A DNA stretch of 11,692 nucleotides. Origin: Thermoanaerobaculia bacterium (lineage in GTDB: Bacteria > Acidobacteriota > Thermoanaerobaculia > Gp7-AA8). Position numbers and translations under genes: made by a program. Every line of letters starts with the position of its first letter. The first letter of the stretch is position 1. Of this stretch, positions 6,270-11,692 are shown piece after piece. The stretch lies in contig DATBSF010000208.1 of NCBI GenBank assembly GCA_036559905.1, positions 1-11,692 on the forward strand. Reading direction: 5' to 3'. The notes under the pieces were generated by a model. That model saw only the letters and a list, made by a program, of their open reading frames with translations, was not told the DNA's origin and did not search any database.

Positions 6270-8209
6270 TGTTTTTTCTTCTCGCCGTTCTTCTGCTGTT
6301 CGCGCAACAGGATCCGACTCCGCGTTCTGTGCTGAAAGTCGATCCTGTGTATTTCGACCTGGCGGCGAACACCGGGGGCGATTTTTATTTCTGGGCACCC
6401 GGCGAATTCGCGGCATCGCGTCTTCAGGTTCCCCTGCATCACGAGGATGTTCTCCTCTCCTACGGCAGCATCGAAAGGGAGAAGTCTTTCGACATCCCGG
6501 TCGAATCGGGCGTGAAGGAGTTGACGGTGTTCGCCGGTATTGAGCGCAAAGATCTCGCCGTTCTCCTTCGACCTGACGGCACGGTCATGCGCGACGTTCA
6601 GTCGTTTCAGCACATGTTGATCGCGACCGTGAAAGCGCCTGCCACCGGCATCTGGCACCTCGAGCTTCACGGCGCGGGAACGTACGCGGTGACGGCGCAC
6701 GTCAAGAGTGCGAATAACGGACCGGACCTCATCAGGTTCGCCTTCGTCGAGCCGGGCGGGCGGCCGGGACACGAAGGGATGTTTCCGGTGAAGCGGACTC
6801 TCATCGCGTCGGAATCGCTGGCGTGCGAAGTGTCGGTCTCGGGACCGATCAAAGAAATGGAGTTGCTGTTTGTCGCCCGCGATGGATCGCTCATCAGAGC
6901 AACTCCGATCAAACAGTCGGCTGAGAGCGACTACGTCGGGCAGTGCACGGTTCCAGATGTTCCGTTTCGCGCAGCCATTCGCGGGAAAGATTCGAACGGT
7001 GCGGCGTTCCAACGGATCGAGTCTCCGCTGCGCGCTCCAGCATCACAGCGCGCGCAGACGAAAGATGTTGCTCCGTGCGCAATGACGCTCGCTGCGAAGA
7101 TCACGCCCTGCGCGCAGCCGTCATCGGATGTTCCCGCGGATGTCGTCGCGACTCTCGATGACGCGCCGATTCGTCTCGCTGATCTCGACGAGGCCACGCG
7201 AAAAAAAATCGAGGGTCTCGACTCCGCAGTGGCAGCCGCGCGCTCGCGCGCGCTGCGTGAGGAGATCGACGACATCCTCCTCGCGCGTGAGGCGGCACGG
7301 CGCGGAATCACAACCGGCCGCCTGATTTACGACGAGATCATGGTGAAAACGGCGCGTCCCACGGAAGCGGACGTCGCTCGCGAGATCGCCGGCAATCCCA
7401 CAAAATACCAATCCGGCGCCGAAGACTCGGAGTGGGCGGCCGGCACTCTCTTCGATCGCCGCTTGGCGTTGCGCGAGCGGGAGCTCATCGCGACGCTCGA
7501 GAAACGCTTCCACATTAAACACAGTCCCGGTGCGCACGTCGCAGTCGCCGAAGCCGACGCGCGCATCGACGCCCTGACCGATGAGAAAGACGCCGTCGAT
7601 CGCGTGGTCCAGCAGCGCCTTGCCGGGGGTTCGACCGAGGGACACACGATCCATTTGTTGTTCGCGGTTCCCGAGCGCCCGGCGGTCAATGTCATTGATG
7701 CACGCGCGCCGGCGACCGGTCCGAATAACGCGCCCGTCACGCTCGTCGAATGGGGCGATTTTCAATGTCCGCCGTGCGGCAGGATGGCGGGCGTGATCGA
7801 AGACGTCCTTCGGAGTCACGGAGATCGCGTGCGCTACATCTTTCGGCAAAATCCGCTGAGCATGCACACGCACGCGTGGAAAGCGGCCGAGGCGGCGCTT
7901 GCAGCGCATGCGCAGGGAAAGTTTTTTCCTTACGCGCACATCCTGTTTTCACATCAGGATCAGCTCGATGTCGCTTCGCTGAAGAAGTACGCCGGCGAGG
8001 CAGGACTCGACACGGCGCGGTTCGAGCATGATCTCGACAGCGGCCGCTTCGCCGGCGACGTCGCATCCGACAAGCACCTCGGCGCACGGGCCGGCGTCAA
8101 GGGAACGCCGGTGTTCTTCATCAACGGCGTCAAGGGCGGCGATGAGGTCTACACTCTCGAAGGAATGCGCGGGGCACTCGACGCCGCTGCGATGCGCGCA
8201 AAGAAATGA
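6269..8209 (+). CDS. Secreted multidomain thiol:disulfide oxidoreductase: N-terminal beta-rich domains, chaperone-like linker, C-terminal DsbA-type thioredoxin domain with CPPC active site
   Basis: Real start is the ATG at 6269 (MFFLLAVLLLFAQQ signal peptide); the track's 6236 start is an upstream extension. C-terminal …VTLVEWGDFQCPPCGRMAGVIEDV…NPLSMHTHAWKAAEAALAAHAQGKFFPYAHILF…GVKGTPVFFINGV… is a DsbA-family fold (CxxC, then the cis-Pro 'TPVFF' region). The stop overlaps the next start as ATGA (8206-8209). Confidence 0.75.
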   Translation: MFFLLAVLLLFAQQDPTPRSVLKVDPVYFDLAANTGGDFYFWAPGEFAASRLQVPLHHEDVLLSYGSIEREKSFDIPVESGVKELTVFAGIERKDLAVLLRPDGTVMRDVQSFQHMLIATVKAPATGIWHLELHGAGTYAVTAHVKSANNGPDLIRFAFVEPGGRPGHEGMFPVKRTLIASESLACEVSVSGPIKEMELLFVARDGSLIRATPIKQSAESDYVGQCTVPDVPFRAAIRGKDSNGAAFQRIESPLRAPASQRAQTKDVAPCAMTLAAKITPCAQPSSDVPADVVATLDDAPIRLADLDEATRKKIEGLDSAVAAARSRALREEIDDILLAREAARRGITTGRLIYDEIMVKTARPTEADVAREIAGNPTKYQSGAEDSEWAAGTLFDRRLALRERELIATLEKRFHIKHSPGAHVAVAEADARIDALTDEKDAVDRVVQQRLAGGSTEGHTIHLLFAVPERPAVNVIDARAPATGPNNAPVTLVEWGDFQCPPCGRMAGVIEDVLRSHGDRVRYIFRQNPLSMHTHAWKAAEAALAAHAQGKFFPYAHILFSHQDQLDVASLKKYAGEAGLDTARFEHDLDSGRFAGDVASDKHLGARAGVKGTPVFFINGVKGGDEVYTLEGMRGALDAAAMRAKK

Positions 8210-9873
8210 AGAAGGGTTGTTTCGTCGCCCTGGTGACCTGGGCGGCCGCCGCCGGCGCGTACTGGTACTACATCCATACGCGATTCGTTCCGCCGCTCGA
8301 CTGGATCGTGCCGGTAGTTGCAGGCCTGATGATGGCGATTGTCATCGGCAATCTCCGCGCGGCAGTCGATTCCGCGATCGCCGCTGTTCGCGCGTCGCAG
8401 CAAGCGACGTTTTCCGGAGCGATGGGTGAGCGACCGAAGGATGGTCAGGTACTCACCGTCGTTGGCCACATCCGGGCGACCGGCGGTTCGACGCTCGAGG
8501 CGCCGATCACCAAACGACCGGCAGTCCTCTACGGCTACGACATCAGCCACCAGAGCCGCAACTCGGACGGAGGTTTCCACGCCGCGAAAGACTTCGCTGG
8601 TTTCGCACTCGCACCTTCTGTGATTGATTCGCGCATCGGACCGATTCGTCTTCTCGGTTTTCCGAACCTCGAGGGCTTCCCGAAAGAGGAGGTCGCCGAC
8701 CCGGACGTCGCACGCGTCAACGAGTACATCGCCGCCACTTCGTTTCAGGACATGTCGGGATTCAATCCTCTGGCGCTGTACCGCGAGATCAAGGATCTGA
8801 TGACGGACGATGACGGCCAGCTCCGTAAAGACTGGCGTATGTCGAGCGGCGAGGTCACCGAGGATCACGATATTTCTGAACAGGTGGTGGCGCCGGGCGA
8901 GCAGGTCACAGCCATCGGGCGCTACTCCGCCGAAAAACAGGGTCTCGTCCCGACTCTCAGCGGCGGTAGCCCGCTCCGGCTGATTCGCGGCGACGCGCAG
9001 ATGTCATCGAGCGCCCTGTGGAAACAGGCGACCGGCCGATTCATTGGCGCGATCATCTTCGCAGCAGTCGTCAACGGCGCGCTGTTCGGTTTCCTCAACC
9101 TGCATCCCAAACCGATCGCAATGCCGAAGAGCGATCTTCAGAGAGGTCGCGACGTCGACCAGATGCACGCCGCGGCGCGCGACGCGGAGATTCCGGTGAT
9201 CGCCGACCTCGTCGCAAAAGGCATGGACGTTGACGCGCGCGACGCGGAGATGGCGACGCCGCTCATGCGCGCCGGTGATGGCAAGACCGCCGAGTGGCTC
9301 ATTGCGCACGGCGCGAATGTGAACGCCGTCGATGGCGAAGGCAATACCGCGCTGATGGAAGCGGCTCGCAGGGGCGACACCGAAGTCGTCAAGGCTCTCA
9401 TCGAAAGGAAAGCAGACATCGATACCGTCAGCACAAAGTGGAAGACGACCGCGCTGCAGCAGGCACTCGACGCGGAAAAACTCGACAGCGCTCAGTTGCT
9501 GCGCAACGCCGGAGCGCATGACGTAACCGTGACGGAAAAGAACGGCAGCGCGATCGGGAAGAACTCGGAACCGGTGCGAACGGCGCTGAAGTATCTCGAC
9601 GCGATTCAGCATCAGGACATCGCAACGATCAACAGCTTCTACACGCGCAAGTTCGATAACGATGTCGATTGGAAAGCGCTGAAGGGATCGCGGCCGATCG
9701 ATCCGGTTCTCGTCAGCGGATTTGCAAACGAGAAAGCGGCGACGGTGGCGCTTCGCGGCAAACGTTCGGACGGCGTCTATTCGACATGGACGCTGCAGCT
9801 CGATCGCATGAGCGAGGGTTGGAAGGTCAGCGACGAACGCTGGGAGACGCGTTTCGACAGCAGGAAGCCTTAA
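8206..9873 (+). CDS. Multi-pass membrane protein of unknown function with ankyrin repeats and a C-terminal NTF2-like (DUF4878/SnoaL-like) domain
   Basis: 555 aa. Hydrophobic segments lie at ~5-25, ~32-50 and ~275-297 (FIGAIIFAAVVNGALFGFLNL). Three ankyrin-like repeats are present (…ATPLMRAGDGKTAEWLIAHGANVNAVDGEGNTALMEAARRGDTEVVKALIERKADIDTV…). The C-terminal …ALKYLDAIQHQDIATINSFYTRKF…YSTWTLQLDRMSEGWKVSDERWE resembles small NTF2-like domains. Confidence 0.7.
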   Translation: MKKGCFVALVTWAAAAGAYWYYIHTRFVPPLDWIVPVVAGLMMAIVIGNLRAAVDSAIAAVRASQQATFSGAMGERPKDGQVLTVVGHIRATGGSTLEAPITKRPAVLYGYDISHQSRNSDGGFHAAKDFAGFALAPSVIDSRIGPIRLLGFPNLEGFPKEEVADPDVARVNEYIAATSFQDMSGFNPLALYREIKDLMTDDDGQLRKDWRMSSGEVTEDHDISEQVVAPGEQVTAIGRYSAEKQGLVPTLSGGSPLRLIRGDAQMSSSALWKQATGRFIGAIIFAAVVNGALFGFLNLHPKPIAMPKSDLQRGRDVDQMHAAARDAEIPVIADLVAKGMDVDARDAEMATPLMRAGDGKTAEWLIAHGANVNAVDGEGNTALMEAARRGDTEVVKALIERKADIDTVSTKWKTTALQQALDAEKLDSAQLLRNAGAHDVTVTEKNGSAIGKNSEPVRTALKYLDAIQHQDIATINSFYTRKFDNDVDWKALKGSRPIDPVLVSGFANEKAATVALRGKRSDGVYSTWTLQLDRMSEGWKVSDERWETRFDSRKP

Positions 9874-10592
9874 CTGCTGCCGACGAGATATTTTTGCCCC
9901 GTCGGCGCCTGTGCGCCGCCGCGCGGCTCGAGCGTCACCGCGAGCGCTTTGATCAGAGTGTCGACCGGAAGGTTCTGGACGATCAGCGACGCGTTTCCGG
10001 ATGCGTCGACGTTGAAGACTCCGGCGTTCACTGGCTTCACCTGATCGGCGCGAATGATCCACAGCTGATAGCTCTTGTCGTTCGGATTCGCCGGCAGACC
10101 GTGGAAGAAGAGGAACGCGCGGCGCTGAGCCGGATCGAGGAACACGCTGGCCGATGCTTTCGGCGCGATTTCCTGACCGGCGAGCTGGATCGTGCGCGTC
10201 TGCGACCCGGTGAGGGATGCGACAACGCTGGCAAGCTTCGCGTTATCCGCTTTCAGCATTTCGATTTCTTCGCGGGCATCGCGGAGCTGGAACGACGTCC
10301 ACGCGAGCAACGCGATTGCGACCGCCGCCGCGGCGGCCATCCACCACTGGAAGTTCGCCGATGACGTGACGCGCGGCGGCAAGGATGCGAGCATCTTCGC
10401 GCGTGCGTCGGCAGGCGGTGCGACAGGATCCGCGCTCAATGCCAGCAGCGCGGCGGCTTCGTTCATCTCGTCCGCCACGCGACGGCACTCGTCGCACGTC
10501 TCCAGATGCCTTCGGAGCTCCGCCAGCTCCTCGGCAGAGGCGGAACCGATCGCATCGAGCGCGGCGAGCTGCTGAATTTCTTCGTGTGTCAT
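9870..10592 (-). CDS. Anti-sigma factor, zinc-finger (HxxxCxxC) N-terminal domain, single TM, RskA-type C-terminal periplasmic domain
   Basis: 240 aa. It has the ZAS-like motif …RRHLETCDEC… and a TM segment WWMAAAAAVAIALLAW. Its C-terminal domain resembles the anti-sigma-K RskA family. The start overlaps the sigma stop (ATGA at 10589-10592). Confidence 0.8.
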   Translation of the reverse strand: MTHEEIQQLAALDAIGSASAEELAELRRHLETCDECRRVADEMNEAAALLALSADPVAPPADARAKMLASLPPRVTSSANFQWWMAAAAAVAIALLAWTSFQLRDAREEIEMLKADNAKLASVVASLTGSQTRTIQLAGQEIAPKASASVFLDPAQRRAFLFFHGLPANPNDKSYQLWIIRADQVKPVNAGVFNVDASGNASLIVQNLPVDTLIKALAVTLEPRGGAQAPTGQKYLVGSS

Positions 10593-11146
10593 CGTGATCT
10601 GAAAGCGCCCAGGCGCTCCCTGAGTTTCTTCATTGCCAGATTCGTCCGCGTCTTGACGGTGCCGAGGGGCTCGCCGAGACGCGTGGCGATCTCGGATTGC
10701 GAGAGGCCCTCGAAGTACGCCAACTCCAGAGCGGTCCGTTGCGCGTCAGGGAGCTCCTGCAAAGCGCTGCGGACCGCCATGCGGATCTCTCTGAACGCGG
10801 CCGGATCATTCCCCATTGCATCTACGTTCGAGCGGACGATTGAGATTTGTCGTCCGGCCTCTTCTTCGCGCTGGCCGCGCCGCTGCCTCGATCGGAGTCT
10901 GTCGATTCCGCGGCTGCGCGCCATCGCGATGAGCCAGGCCAGCTCGCTCCCGCGCTGCGGGTCGAATTTACGGGCATCTTTCCAAGCCGTCAGAAATGTC
11001 TCCTGCAGGATCTCCTGCGCATCGCCCGGATCGCGCAGCACGCGGAGGAGAAGACCGTACAGCACCGGCGCATATTGATCGTAAGCAACGCCGAAGTCGG
11101 TGGTGTTCCCAGCCAGGGCCGCGTCGCGGAGCGGATGCTTGGACAA
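10589..11146 (-). CDS. ECF (group IV) sigma-70 family RNA polymerase sigma factor (SigK-like)
   Basis: 185 aa. Region 2 (…YAPVLYGLLLRVLRDPGDAQEILQETFLTAWKDARKFD…) and region 4 (…LPDAQRTALELAYFEGLSQSEIATRLGEPLGTVKTRTNLAMKKLRE…) are present. TTG start is called by the track. Co-transcribed with the anti-sigma gene. Confidence 0.85.
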   Translation of the reverse strand: MSKHPLRDAALAGNTTDFGVAYDQYAPVLYGLLLRVLRDPGDAQEILQETFLTAWKDARKFDPQRGSELAWLIAMARSRGIDRLRSRQRRGQREEEAGRQISIVRSNVDAMGNDPAAFREIRMAVRSALQELPDAQRTALELAYFEGLSQSEIATRLGEPLGTVKTRTNLAMKKLRERLGAFRSR

Positions 11147-11242
11147 GCGAGGGCAATCATATCTGGACTGCGGCGGCTTGCCGCCGCTCTAACGCCGGCA
11201 GCTTGCTGTCGGCGGCCGAAGCAAGCTTCGGCTGTGAAAGCG

Positions 11243-11692
11243 GTGCCAAGGCACCGCACTCCAAAGGCAATCCGGAAGCGGATTTCCATCGTAGTATTCG
11301 GCGTGCTTCGATCGCTGATTCTTTCGCTGCTCTTCGCAGCGCCGGCACTCGCGCACGAGATCGGGACGACGCGCGTGGACGTCGTTTTCCATCGCGATCA
11401 CACATGGACAGCCGAAGTCATCGGGTCCAAGTATCTGGATCTCGACATTCGATTCGACCGTGTGAGAGTCACTCCGCTGATCGAGATCGGACCTTTCGTG
11501 CGCGTGTCGGGCGACATCCCGCCGCACGCGAAGACATTCACCTGGCGGAACGCGAAGGCGTACGCGACGTACTCGATCGCATTCGCGAATGAAGGTGAAA
11601 CGCCGATCCGGCAGTGGATTGATGCGGACGCGACGAGCGCGCCGTTCGTTCTTTCAAAAGCCGTCGTGCCTCCCACGCGTCTCGATGTCATC
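11243..11692 (+). CDS. Secreted protein of unknown function, divergent from the ECF sigma gene; partial (continues past window end); start GTG 11243 or GTG 11303
   Basis: The open frame runs to the window edge. It has a signal-peptide-like N-terminus (…KRISIVVFGVLRSLILSLLFAAPALAHE…). No ATG is present, so GTG 11243 or 11303 are candidate starts. The opposite-strand ORF 11398..11691 is taken as a shadow. Confidence 0.5.
   Translation, partial: MPRHRTPKAIRKRISIVVFGVLRSLILSLLFAAPALAHEIGTTRVDVVFHRDHTWTAEVIGSKYLDLDIRFDRVRVTPLIEIGPFVRVSGDIPPHAKTFTWRNAKAYATYSIAFANEGETPIRQWIDADATSAPFVLSKAVVPPTRLDVI

Noticed and set aside
5304-8087. Long minus-strand ORFs (5304..5945, 6188..7012, 7121..7939, 7327..7740, 7737..8087) antisense to the hydrolase and DsbA-fusion genes
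   Set aside because: Low-complexity Arg-rich translations without recognisable motifs. The sense-strand genes carry signal peptides, catalytic motifs and translational coupling. They are GC-driven shadow ORFs.
8149-10062. Minus-strand ORFs 8149..8868 and 9004..10062 antisense to the ANK-membrane gene, and plus-strand ORFs 9669..10364 / 10506..11078 antisense to the sigma/anti-sigma genes
   Set aside because: Same shadow-ORF signature. The opposite strands carry well-supported genes.
10996-11592. 198-aa plus-strand ORF overlapping the sigma gene antisense and the start of the divergent gene in another frame
   Set aside because: R/S-rich low-complexity product. The frame with the signal peptide from 11243/11303 is preferred.
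1-11692. CRISPR arrays, IS elements/transposases, integrase or phage structural genes
   Set aside because: No regularly spaced direct repeats, no transposase- or integrase-like ORF, and no terminal inverted repeats were seen. The only mobility hint is the orphan tRNA 3' end.

Overview
GC-rich (~60-65% GC) bacterial chromosomal segment with dense, mostly overlapping protein-coding genes and no rRNA, CRISPR array or recognisable IS/transposase. Features in order of position. Minus strand: the N-terminal 168 codons of a secreted protein running off the left edge (1-506); a cytoplasmic SPFH/band-7 (slipin-like) protein (575-1675); a 51-nt tRNA-like 3' remnant (T-arm plus acceptor-like arm) that does not complete into a tRNA (1985-2035); an intrinsic terminator overlapped by a 16-nt perfect palindrome (2104-2154); and an SGNH hydrolase and a proline-racemase-family enzyme (2317-4002). 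Plus strand: a six-gene co-directional, overlap-coupled cluster (4070-9873) made of a DUF433/DUF5615 putative toxin-antitoxin pair, a DinB/YfiT-like protein, a secreted alpha/beta-hydrolase-TPR protein, a large secreted DsbA-type CPPC thioredoxin fusion and a multi-TM ankyrin-repeat/NTF2-like membrane protein. Minus strand again: the last gene ends tail-to-tail on a shared TTAA with an ECF sigma / RskA-type anti-sigma pair (9870-11146). The sigma promoter region carries three short inverted repeats and faces a divergent secreted protein of unknown function (11243 to the right edge). The most interesting candidate is the uncharacterised envelope/redox-looking operon headed by the TA-like pair. 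Next are the tRNA-remnant and SPFH neighbourhood, which may be an integration scar. Many long ORFs in the six-frame track are GC-driven shadow ORFs and are rejected.
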